The notes under the pieces are model-generated. The model saw only the letters and a program-made list of their open reading frames with translations, searched no databases and was not told where the DNA came from. 36,140 nucleotides of DNA from a virus. Taxonomy: Duplodnaviria > Caudoviricetes. The stretch spans positions 1-36,140 of the IMG/VR virus record IMGVR_UViG_3300020393_000012. One strand, given 5' to 3'. This document shows, piece by piece, positions 9,102-16,956 of the stretch (position 1 is the first letter of the stretch; every line of letters starts with the position of its first letter). Both the position numbers and the translations under genes were made by a program.

Positions 9102-9179
9102 ATGTTTCCAACATGGTTTTATTTTATGACGCTAATCTTTTGGTTAGCGTCTTTTTTAGGAGGATATCATTATGGATAG
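9102..9179 (+). CDS. 25-aa hydrophobic microprotein (not in ORF track)
   Basis: AGGAGGT SD; MFPTWFYFMTLIFWLASFLGGYHYG; fills the gap between two genes. Confidence 0.55.
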   Translation: MFPTWFYFMTLIFWLASFLGGYHYG

Positions 9180-10392
9180 ACTAGACGACTTTTATAATCA
9201 ACTTCTGTTGGGTTTTACTATGCCTGACAGAATGTGGGTAGGCAAACCTAGGAAGACGAAGTTTGCTCAATCAACTTTGAATCTTACCAGGAACGGCATT
9301 ATGAGTGCCGATAGGTTCTTCGTCCACGACGAACTACTTGAAGAGGCTGTTAAGATGAGCATGTTGCCACCCAAGAAACTTGTGGAACTCGTTGGGTTCG
9401 CAAGACCATGCATGAATAATATGTGGATTGAATGGAATGAAGCATTGAGAGTCAAGCTATTGCATAAGCAATATCTAGAACGATTCAAAGCTTTGGGTAT
9501 AGAAGATAAGCTTGAGCCACTTGAAGAACGTACACTTCCAGATAAGTGTGGCTATCATATTTGGCAACTTGCTAGTTACTATGACCACACTGATGCACTG
9601 AATGTTCCTAATTCGCCGCAGAGAAAATATAGGCACTCGTCGTTTTCTGAGATGGGTTACTACTATAACTGTTACTCGACCATTCAAGGCAAGATTATGT
9701 TTACTCCAATGAGTTACTATCTCAGCTTGGAGCCAATGACGACTAAAGAATTGCTTAGTGACCACACTGCATTCGGTAATAGGGCAACTCGTAGTGAGAA
9801 AAAGAATATGGAAGACCATGATAAGGTAAGACTACAGTCTGCCATGAAAGGTTTTGGTTCGACGTATTGGAAGATACACGAGAAGATTGCGACACGTTAT
9901 CTGACAAAGATAGCTGAACTTATGAGTGTATCGTTTCACGAAATGGTTTACTCATGGTTCTCTGAAGAATACATGCAGAATAATATTGAGCAGAACTTTA
10001 TTGGTTCGTCTGACTCAATGAATGGCGACATGAGATTTATCGTCGCTCTGAACTGCTTGATTAATTACCCACACTTCGTGATTCAGAAAGAGAGTCCAAA
10101 GGTATACCAACCAAGGACTATGTATGGACGACGTATGCCGAGGAACGAAATGAGAATCCTCACGCTGGAGTTACCAAAGCCTCATGGTGTTACTTACTAC
10201 ACGAGGAAGTTCAAAAATGTTGGTTCACCAAAGCGAAGACATAAACGTCGTGGTCACGACAGATACATGAAACTCAAAGATGGCACTGTCGTGAAGAAGT
10301 GGATTGAAGAGCAGTGGGTAGGCAACGAAGAACTAGGCACTATCTTTCACGAGTACGACTTGAAAAAGAATGTGAAAAGAAAAGAGGGGTAG
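9172..10392 (+). CDS. Hypothetical protein with C-terminal SP..H.RRGH..W..WVG motif (AcrVA2/FinQ-like motif)
   Basis: AGGAGG SD; 406 aa; GSPKRRHKRRGHDRY...KKWIEEQWVG. Confidence 0.75.
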   Translation: MDRLDDFYNQLLLGFTMPDRMWVGKPRKTKFAQSTLNLTRNGIMSADRFFVHDELLEEAVKMSMLPPKKLVELVGFARPCMNNMWIEWNEALRVKLLHKQYLERFKALGIEDKLEPLEERTLPDKCGYHIWQLASYYDHTDALNVPNSPQRKYRHSSFSEMGYYYNCYSTIQGKIMFTPMSYYLSLEPMTTKELLSDHTAFGNRATRSEKKNMEDHDKVRLQSAMKGFGSTYWKIHEKIATRYLTKIAELMSVSFHEMVYSWFSEEYMQNNIEQNFIGSSDSMNGDMRFIVALNCLINYPHFVIQKESPKVYQPRTMYGRRMPRNEMRILTLELPKPHGVTYYTRKFKNVGSPKRRHKRRGHDRYMKLKDGTVVKKWIEEQWVGNEELGTIFHEYDLKKNVKRKEG

Positions 10393-10411
10393 TCAACCAA
10401 CTACCCCTCTT
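10382..10411. terminator. Perfect 12-bp hairpin at the end of the early arm
   Basis: AAGAGGGGTAGT-CAACCA-ACTACCCCTCTT; the A-rich run upstream gives a U tract on the minus strand. Confidence 0.65.
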
Positions 10412-10520
10412 CTACCTACAACCATGGAAGATTTTAATTAAGGCAAAATTCAAATCAACCAAGAGCATCTTATGCAGATACATAATACCACACTATTACA
10501 TCTACACAATATATTCTTCT

Positions 10521-10557
10521 TGTTTTTTCTGTGAGAAAATGTAACATATATGAGACA
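10521..10557. repeat. Left copy of a 37-bp imperfect inverted repeat (two tandem 18-bp boxes)
   Basis: 29/37 identical to the reverse complement of 16436-16472, with the perfect 17-mer TGTGAGAAAATGTAACA (10530-10546). Confidence 0.85.
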
Positions 10558-10574
10558 ACTATAGGAGACATTTT

Positions 10575-11417
10575 ATGTTACAACTAAAAACAAAAGACGA
10601 AGACGTAAGCTTTGATTGTGCGGTCCAAGAGTATCGTGCTTGGAAACATCTTGAGGGCACTCTCAATAATGACGTTGAACGTCGACTCGATAAACTAAGA
10701 CACTACTTCAAGAACACCAATATTAGAATGATTGGGACGAAGACGATTGTTGATTACTCATTGCGACTAGCAGACAGAGGACTACGTCCCAATACAATTA
10801 AGAGAGAACTCAACCAACTACGAGCAGTGCTACGTTATGCTGAAAAGATTTACTACGAATACCGTTGCCCTGACATCAAGATGCCCAAGGTCAACGACGA
10901 ACGAGACGTACACTTAGAATCTGACGAGGCGACAGCCGTCTTGAACAGAATTAAAATTACCCACCCTAAATTTTACCCCCATTTTTTATTACTCATAGAC
11001 ACTGGAGCGAGACTTAACGAAATGTTAAGGCTCACTAATTTTTCTTTTTGTGGCGACGTGACGAGAATCGAACGGCAACACCTGGGCAAATCTTTGTTTC
11101 GTGAGATACCAATGACTAACGACATCACGTCCCTGATTCACTCAGGTGACATGCCAAAAAATTTAAATATTTTTTCGTCGCCACAAGTAGCCTCGGCAAC
11201 ACTCGGCAAAGTTCTGAAGCAGACGTGTCACGACCTCGGCATCAAACCAGTCAGGATACACGACCTACGACATACCTTTGCTTATTTGACAGCGAAGGCT
11301 GGTGCTGACCTCGGCGACCTCAAGTATTTAATGGGACACTCCGACATTGCCATGACGTTACGTTATCGTGGATTCATTCCGTCGAGAGCCAAGTCATTCG
11401 TAAGGAGTGCAAGATGA
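10575..11417 (+). CDS. int: Tyrosine recombinase/integrase (compact, Xer-like size)
   Basis: TGARLNE (R), HDLRH, MGHSD and LRY catalytic motifs; AGGAG SD. Confidence 0.93.
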   Translation: MLQLKTKDEDVSFDCAVQEYRAWKHLEGTLNNDVERRLDKLRHYFKNTNIRMIGTKTIVDYSLRLADRGLRPNTIKRELNQLRAVLRYAEKIYYEYRCPDIKMPKVNDERDVHLESDEATAVLNRIKITHPKFYPHFLLLIDTGARLNEMLRLTNFSFCGDVTRIERQHLGKSLFREIPMTNDITSLIHSGDMPKNLNIFSSPQVASATLGKVLKQTCHDLGIKPVRIHDLRHTFAYLTAKAGADLGDLKYLMGHSDIAMTLRYRGFIPSRAKSFVRSAR

Positions 11418-11680
11418 CAGACCCAATCATAAAAGAAGTTATGGAACTTATTAACAAGAGTGATAAGTCTGTGACCAAGATTGAAGAGGAATGTGGCTTT
11501 GGCTATCGAACCATCAGCAGATGGAGAACTAAGAATGGTGCTAATCTGTACAACGTACAAGCAGTCTTGAACTACTTAGGATACAAACTGTCGATTGAAA
11601 AGTTATCAGAGGCAGAGAAAGTCCACAATGATGCAGTCAAGGACTATCAGTGGGACGAACGTCGGAAGATTTGGGATTAG
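11414..11680 (+). CDS. XRE/Cro-type HTH regulator
   Basis: SVTKIEEECGFGYRTISRW...NVQAVLNYLGYKL; ATGA overlap with int. Confidence 0.8.
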   Translation: MTDPIIKEVMELINKSDKSVTKIEEECGFGYRTISRWRTKNGANLYNVQAVLNYLGYKLSIEKLSEAEKVHNDAVKDYQWDERRKIWD

Positions 11681-11798
11681 GTTTTATGCTGACGACCTTT
11701 GCCCCAGGGAAATACTTGCGTACTTCGTCAACCAACTTAGCTACTTCTGGGTATTTCTTTCTGTTTTCTTCTGCTTTGTCTGAATACACGTCTGACAT
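11637..11798 (-). CDS. 53-aa hypothetical protein (not in ORF track)
   Basis: Manual translation MSDVYSDKAEENRKKYPEVAKLVDEVRKYFPGAKVVSIKPNPKSSDVRPTDSP. Confidence 0.5.
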   Translation of the reverse strand: MSDVYSDKAEENRKKYPEVAKLVDEVRKYFPGAKVVSIKPNPKSSDVRPTDSP

Positions 11799-11905
11799 GT
11801 GTTGCCATTCATTGGAAATTTAAGTATATCAACGAACTCACGACACCCCTTGCAACGTCTGTATAGGGGCGACGTGAAGTTCGTCGACTTGAATATGTCT
11901 TGCAC
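11741..11905 (-). CDS. 54-aa zinc-ribbon protein (not in ORF track)
   Basis: GTG start overlaps the upstream TAG; CKGC...CQTC. Confidence 0.5.
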   Translation of the reverse strand: MQDIFKSTNFTSPLYRRCKGCREFVDILKFPMNGNTCQTCIQTKQKKTERNTQK

Positions 11906-12054
11906 TATCGTGTGACTGAACGACGACGAGCAGATGCTTTTTTCAATCGTCCAACACCAGCGGCTTTATAATTCTTGCCTTTGCCTGAGACTGTCTTGGC
12001 TTTTCCATACTTGGAAGCCATGCTTCTCTTTCTAGCTGATACTCTTGCTACCAT
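11905..12054 (-). CDS. 49-aa highly basic protein
   Basis: AAGGAG SD before ATG 12054; K/R-rich with no acidic residues. Confidence 0.65.
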   Translation of the reverse strand: MVARVSARKRSMASKYGKAKTVSGKGKNYKAAGVGRLKKASARRRSVTR

Positions 12055-12067
12055 TGCTTTCTCCTTC

Positions 12068-12910
12068 CTATAAGTTTTGGGCGTTTTCATGTGTCCAAGC
12101 CATAACTGCTGGACCGTATGGGTTTGCGTTTCTGTATTCTTCTACACTCATATATCGACTGTATGCTGGTTGTGAATTTGTGTATATGCCAGCCCTATGT
12201 GAGTTGTTATAACTGTTGAATCCAAAGGTTACGTCAAGTTGTTTACCTGACCCCCATGAATTACAATATACTTTGTGTTCAACGGACAATGTTCCCATTG
12301 CATAATGTCTTTCCCAACCACCAGTTATCCAACGCTTGGCTACCCATAGTCCCCAGTTCCATATTGGGTAACTACCAGTGGCGTTGTAAGCAGTATACCT
12401 ACAAGAAATTTTAATAAGGCTATCGTTGAGAACTGGTGTGTAGTTACAATACAACCCATTAATATGTGTTAGATGATGGCTGATTGCGGTTGGGTTGCTT
12501 CCGTCTCCATAGTGTGGAATGTTTGTGTTCTCTTCTGTGTTGGCACTGTTTTGGTCGTTCTCACTCTTGAAGTAAACTGCCTTGACATACCCACCCTCTC
12601 TTGGATTGTAATTTGGTCGTATCTTTTTGAACTCTTCTACGCTGTGGTTGTTTCCATATCCTAACCACTCGTTAAAATACCCACCTCCAGTGTGGTATCT
12701 ACTTTCGCCCATATTTCCACGGACACCTTCGGTTTGCATAACTCCGTCTTTGTGCCACGTTGTTTGTAAGTTGTCGTAGTTGGTCTTGATGTCTCCGTTT
12801 GCAATCGCTTGGTCGTACTCGTAGTAGTCAGGCTTCACGCCTTTCTTCTCAAGCTCCAACTCATTTTCGTCGGTTCCGATATATGTAACTTTAGTTTGTG
12901 TGTACGACAT
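12068..12910 (-). CDS. Hypothetical protein, possible tail-fibre tip/receptor-binding-like beta domain
   Basis: AGGAGG SD; Tyr/Trp/Asn/Gly-rich; YTPVLNDSLIKISC...MSVEEY pattern. Confidence 0.6.
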   Translation of the reverse strand: MSYTQTKVTYIGTDENELELEKKGVKPDYYEYDQAIANGDIKTNYDNLQTTWHKDGVMQTEGVRGNMGESRYHTGGGYFNEWLGYGNNHSVEEFKKIRPNYNPREGGYVKAVYFKSENDQNSANTEENTNIPHYGDGSNPTAISHHLTHINGLYCNYTPVLNDSLIKISCRYTAYNATGSYPIWNWGLWVAKRWITGGWERHYAMGTLSVEHKVYCNSWGSGKQLDVTFGFNSYNNSHRAGIYTNSQPAYSRYMSVEEYRNANPYGPAVMAWTHENAQNL

Positions 12911-12919
12911 TTAATCCTC

Positions 12920-13180
12920 CTAACACTTCCATCTACGTCTTGCGGCTTTGCCCCTCGGTCCTGTCCAGCCCCTGGAACGTGCACAAAAAGACTTACGACG
13001 TTTGGCGGCTTTACTTCCTGGTTTAACTTTCCCAGTCACGGGAGCTTTTAGTTTTGAACCAGTAGCTCTATTGTATTTAGCTCTGCCTTTTGCGGTAAGT
13101 CCACCGCCTTGTTTAACAGAGCGTTTCTCGCCACGCCCAACGGATAAGTTAACTTGTTTCTTCTTTCTCTTTGGAGCCAT
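12920..13180 (-). CDS. Basic protein of a widespread marine-phage family (DUF6321-like)
   Basis: GGLTAKGRAKYNRATGSKLKAPV...RRKSFCAR...RRRWKC signature. Confidence 0.8.
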   Translation of the reverse strand: MAPKRKKKQVNLSVGRGEKRSVKQGGGLTAKGRAKYNRATGSKLKAPVTGKVKPGSKAAKRRKSFCARSRGWTGPRGKAARRRWKC

Positions 13181-13670
13181 TATTATTCACCACAAGTTTT
13201 AGATTACTTGATTGTAACCTACTCCTTATTGATGTTTCGTCCCCTTCAGGAAAGAACTCTATATACTCTTCGTCGTTACTATCAATCGTTTCATGCCCAG
13301 TAGCCCACAGGAAGCACCTGTACAAAACCTCCCAGTCACGCAAACGCATGACGCACAGGGATTCTCCTGTTGCCATTTGGTTTCGTCGTTGCATTACGAC
13401 TGGCATGTCTTTTGATTTTGTATTTTGTATCCCAGCCTCGGCTTGTGCCATGGCTTCGTATGGTTTGAACTTCTCTGTTCGTTTGGCTTCAACCCAAACA
13501 TGTGGTGTCCCAGTTATATCTGGCATTCCTCCGCCACCGATATTTCTACCGCCTCCACTCAGCATGGCTCGTTGTATGTTGCCTACGCCACCGTAGATTA
13601 CTTCGTCGAGAAACTTTGCAATCTCTCTTTCGTAACCGTCGCCTTTTCTTTTTTGTCTACTCATAATCAC
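13149..13670 (-). CDS. Holliday junction resolvase-like PD-(D/E)xK nuclease (Hjc type)
   Basis: RKGDGYEREIA, PDI and VEAKR motifs; AAGGAG SD. Confidence 0.82.
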   Translation of the reverse strand: MIMSRQKRKGDGYEREIAKFLDEVIYGGVGNIQRAMLSGGGRNIGGGGMPDITGTPHVWVEAKRTEKFKPYEAMAQAEAGIQNTKSKDMPVVMQRRNQMATGESLCVMRLRDWEVLYRCFLWATGHETIDSNDEEYIEFFPEGDETSIRSRLQSSNLKLVVNNNGSKEKEETS

Positions 13671-14014
13671 TCCTTGGAAACTGAGCCGTCATGGAATATG
13701 AAGTCGTCGTATACCCCATAACTTTCGTTGTTAGATTTACATCTATCACAGATGTATTGCCACTTAGGGAGCGTGTGCTCCTTACGGCACTTGAGACAGT
13801 TCCGTTTCCAAGTTTTCATTCTCGTCCTATGAAGTGGCGACACAGCGTATTTAGCTCCGTCAAATTCAGCTAGTCCCTCACGGACGAGTATTCGTTTTAG
13901 TGTATCTGTGCATACTCCCATTATGGAAGCCATGTCTTTGTAAGTGTATTGTTCGTCTAGCATTCGTGAGAGACGTGCCTTATCCTTATCGGATATAGGT
14001 CCTCGTCTACCCAT
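13667..14014 (-). CDS. HTH plus zinc-ribbon protein, putative transcription factor
   Basis: YTYKDMASIMGVCTDTLKR helix-turn-helix; CLKC...CDRC; GAAAGGAG SD. Confidence 0.75.
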   Translation of the reverse strand: MGRRGPISDKDKARLSRMLDEQYTYKDMASIMGVCTDTLKRILVREGLAEFDGAKYAVSPLHRTRMKTWKRNCLKCRKEHTLPKWQYICDRCKSNNESYGVYDDFIFHDGSVSKE

Positions 14015-14034
14015 TGATAACTTTCTCCTTTCTC

Positions 14035-14063
14035 AAAAAAAAGCAAGCCCTTCAAGGGCTTGC
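14035..14063 (-). terminator. Rho-independent terminator downstream of the primase gene
   Basis: GCAAGCCC/GGGCTTGC stem (14043-14063) with A8 at 14035-14042. Confidence 0.75.
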
Positions 14064-14143
14064 GTTCGTTGTAACATTTTTGCACTTGACAAGAATCGTC
14101 ACGCCAAGGTACATATCTAATTAGTACAATCTCCACTAATGAG

Positions 14144-14170
14144 GAAAAAGCATGTAGACCATGCTTTTTC
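14144..14170. repeat. Perfect 11-bp hairpin flanked by CTAAWKAG repeats
   Basis: GAAAAAGCATG-TAGAC-CATGCTTTTTC. Confidence 0.7.
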
Positions 14171-14195
14171 TCTGCTAAATAGTTACTAATTAGTT

Positions 14196-16190
14196 CTAAG
14201 TAGGTAGCCATGCTCTTACCTCATAGATAGGAATGGAGAGCTTCCTACTAATCTCTTCCACTTTCATGCTCTTATTTATGTATAACCAAACTGCTTGTTG
14301 CTTTGGACTCGGTGTGTGAACTATATACTGTGAGCCATCAATCAATCTTTCAGCCCACCCCACATAATAAGTTCTATGCAGTTCGGTTTGTGTTCTGATT
14401 TTTCCAAAAGATATCTGCTGAACCATACGGATTCTGCTGTCAGGCTCAAGTCTATCTTCTAAGTACGTCGTTGGGCTGAACTCTTTTCCATCAAAATTTG
14501 TCACTCGCAAGTCTGTATCTAACAGACCAGCCTTATTCTTTGCCATAGCCTTATCTCTGTATACTGTTGTAATCATTAACTGAGTATCAACATCTGTCAA
14601 CTGTGCAGTTGACCCAGCCTCACGACCAAGACCTCCCTCTCCTGGCTTATTCCTATGGTGGACAAGGATTACAGAGGCTTTGTACTTTGTTCGAATAGAT
14701 TTAGCGACGAAGTTTACCTTAAACCATTCGGCGGCGTTAGCTTCTTCCAAGCCACCAAACGCATTACGAACTGTATCTATGACTACGATATTTGGTTTGA
14801 CTACATCAAGCCAGTCTCCGAGGAGCTTGAAACCAGCTTCAGTCCCCAAGTTCATGTCGCCTCCATCTTCGCTAGAAATTAAGGCTGGAGACCACATGTT
14901 AAAGTTATCTCTGCAATCGCCAAACATCTTGATAAAGTTTCTAAAACGATACAAGACTGTGCGACTGGGATTGTCGTAGTCAAGATACAGAACCTTTGTA
15001 GGCTTTCCGTAGAAAGGTCCAAACTCTTCTTTGCCTGATGCCATTGACACCAACATACCTTGCATAAAGAACGACTTACCATGTCCGTTGTATCCAACGA
15101 CTTGTGTGATTGTCTCTGCTGGTATAACTGGGTCTGACCAATACGCAGTCTCCCCCAGCGTATCAATCAATCTATCTAAGTCAGTACCTCTGATGGGTAC
15201 AAGTCTGCCAAGATTTACCTTTGGCTCAGACTTTGTAACTCTGTTTCCTTTGTCGTCATAGTCAGAGGGATACTGCCTCTTATCCATATCGACGACGCTT
15301 CTTATCTTTGTGTTTATCCAGTCTAAGGTTTCACGATTCGTGAATTGACCAGAGTCAAAATATTCGTCGTGAAAACTACGAACCATTTGATTCAAGTCTT
15401 CACCTGTTATTCCTTGCCGTACCTTTTGACCTATAAATTTTACAAGCCATAAATCTGTAGAATCTCCCTCTCTTAGCTTTCTGCCAAGGTGTGCCACTCG
15501 TCTTTCAACTTGCTTGGCAACTGGCAAAGTATCTTCTGGGTTTGGTATTCGCACGTTTGCTAACGACAAACTACCAAATGTAAACTCGCCCTCAACCAAC
15601 ATCTCTGCTCCAGATGGCTCGCCCTTCCATGGAAAATCTGATAAGTCGTCAAGAGACAACCCATATCCAACTTCCATGTGGTAGATGTGTTCTGCTTTGC
15701 CTTCCTTAACTTTCATTGACGGTGGCATTACGACGTAACCACCATCTCCACGAAGGTCTAATCCATCAATCGGATACCAATCTCTTGCAGTGTTACCAAC
15801 TTTGTTAGCAAACCTTTGTCCATTCATGGGGTGTGCAAAATAGAAATGCTTTCCTCTTGCAGTGCTGACAACGAAAGGACTTGTCATGTCATTCTTTAAT
15901 GCAAACTGCACAGCTTTTTCGTTGTCACAATCAAGAACGATAACACCTGATATACTGCCAGTTACGAGAGCCATGTTGAACAAGGGTACGGTGTTGCCAC
16001 TCTCTGTTTTGACACCTTGCTCAAACCATTCATCAAGCTCTTCTTGTGTTGTGTTTTCTGTTTGATATTTTTTCCATGATATAAGTGGTTTCTTACCCTC
16101 AATAGACAAAGGTATTACTGACCAGCCTCTATCAATGGCTTCCACGCATGCGTTATATAAAGCGTCACGCCACTGTTCTGTCTCTGTCAT
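14196..16190 (-). CDS. Bifunctional primase-polymerase (Prim-Pol) fused to an AAA_25/RepA-like helicase, with possible C-terminal HTH
   Basis: GWSVIPL...KKP, VLDCD, TARGKHFYF, DLRGDGGYVVMPPS; Walker A GYNGHGKS, VVIDT, LVHHRNK; GAGGAG SD before ATG 16190. Confidence 0.92.
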   Translation of the reverse strand: MTETEQWRDALYNACVEAIDRGWSVIPLSIEGKKPLISWKKYQTENTTQEELDEWFEQGVKTESGNTVPLFNMALVTGSISGVIVLDCDNEKAVQFALKNDMTSPFVVSTARGKHFYFAHPMNGQRFANKVGNTARDWYPIDGLDLRGDGGYVVMPPSMKVKEGKAEHIYHMEVGYGLSLDDLSDFPWKGEPSGAEMLVEGEFTFGSLSLANVRIPNPEDTLPVAKQVERRVAHLGRKLREGDSTDLWLVKFIGQKVRQGITGEDLNQMVRSFHDEYFDSGQFTNRETLDWINTKIRSVVDMDKRQYPSDYDDKGNRVTKSEPKVNLGRLVPIRGTDLDRLIDTLGETAYWSDPVIPAETITQVVGYNGHGKSFFMQGMLVSMASGKEEFGPFYGKPTKVLYLDYDNPSRTVLYRFRNFIKMFGDCRDNFNMWSPALISSEDGGDMNLGTEAGFKLLGDWLDVVKPNIVVIDTVRNAFGGLEEANAAEWFKVNFVAKSIRTKYKASVILVHHRNKPGEGGLGREAGSTAQLTDVDTQLMITTVYRDKAMAKNKAGLLDTDLRVTNFDGKEFSPTTYLEDRLEPDSRIRMVQQISFGKIRTQTELHRTYYVGWAERLIDGSQYIVHTPSPKQQAVWLYINKSMKVEEISRKLSIPIYEVRAWLPT

Positions 16191-16383
16191 TTTTCTCCTC
16201 AAAGTAATCGTGTAAGTTTATGTTTGGGTTAGCCTCACAGATTCTAGCGATAACATCTATGCTGATAGTGTTGGTTTTAATCCATCTGTAAGGTTGAGTT
16301 CTAGTTTTGCCAGTAACTTTGGCGGCAACATTCACGCCACCCACGTCGTTAATCAATTTCTGTACATTGAATACCAACATCAT
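16165..16383 (-). CDS. Cro-like HTH regulator
   Basis: GGVNVAAKVTGKTRTQPYRW; AAGGGG SD; first gene of the leftward operon. Confidence 0.75.
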   Translation of the reverse strand: MMLVFNVQKLINDVGGVNVAAKVTGKTRTQPYRWIKTNTISIDVIARICEANPNINLHDYFEEKNDRDRTVA

Positions 16384-16394
16384 AGACCCCTTTC

Positions 16395-16514
16395 TGTCTT
16401 AATTTATATACAATAATATATTAAATAAAAGACTTAGTCACACATGTGTTACATTTTCTCACATTTAAGACAGATTATTGTTGTTGTTTTGTTCTCTGTC
16501 TTATATATAATACA
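16395..16514. promoter_or_regulatory. Divergent control region with four 18-bp TGT-N12-ACA-like boxes
   Basis: Boxes at 16395-16412, 16436-16453, 16455-16472 and 16497-16514; TTGTTT-N16-TATAAT (16484-16511) points rightward. Confidence 0.75.
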
Positions 16515-16545
16515 ACTAACTTTAACTATAACGGAGACTAATACT

Positions 16546-16956
16546 ATGGAAACATGGGAAGATTTTGAAAAGGCTGACGGTCAGTCAAGCCTTGCCAAGA
16601 TTGCCGAAGACTTTAAGTCTACTGTTCAACAGATAGAAGACTTACAAGAAAAGGCAGATAGGTTAAAGAATCAAATCGAAGCAGAGTTCTCTCAAGATAC
16701 TGGAGAGCAAAACAAACAAGCTGGTTCTTACCTTATAACACTTACTCGTCAAGAGCGTTGGTCATGGGACAAGGATATTTTGGTTCAGATATACCAAAGT
16801 CCTGATGCCATGCCTGACTTTATTAAGAAGACTTACTCTATTGATAGGAGAAAGTGGAAGACGTTGTCTGACGACGAGCAAGCAAAACTGCTCCCCGCAC
16901 TTACGAGAAAGCCAGGGAGTTCAAAAATAACTGTTAAGTCTGGAGGTGTAATGTAA
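16546..16956 (+). CDS. Coiled-coil hypothetical protein of the recombination module
   Basis: GGAG SD and ATG 16546 (METWEDF...); TAATG-coupled to the ATPase. Confidence 0.75.
   Translation: METWEDFEKADGQSSLAKIAEDFKSTVQQIEDLQEKADRLKNQIEAEFSQDTGEQNKQAGSYLITLTRQERWSWDKDILVQIYQSPDAMPDFIKKTYSIDRRKWKTLSDDEQAKLLPALTRKPGSSKITVKSGGVM

Noticed and set aside
10412-10520. dif-like or tRNA-derived attP site
   Set aside because: TTATG-N6-CATAA near 10470 has its arms in the opposite order to dif, and no tRNA 3' fragment was seen
12068-12910. Diversity-generating retroelement target
   Set aside because: No reverse transcriptase and no template-repeat copy seen in the window
13957-14211. 84-aa minus-strand ORF after the primase
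   Set aside because: It runs through a terminator and hairpin, lacks a clear SD and overlaps both neighbours
16444-16545. N-terminal hydrophobic extension of ORF 16444-16956
   Set aside because: It translates the AT-rich operator region; the SD supports a start at 16546
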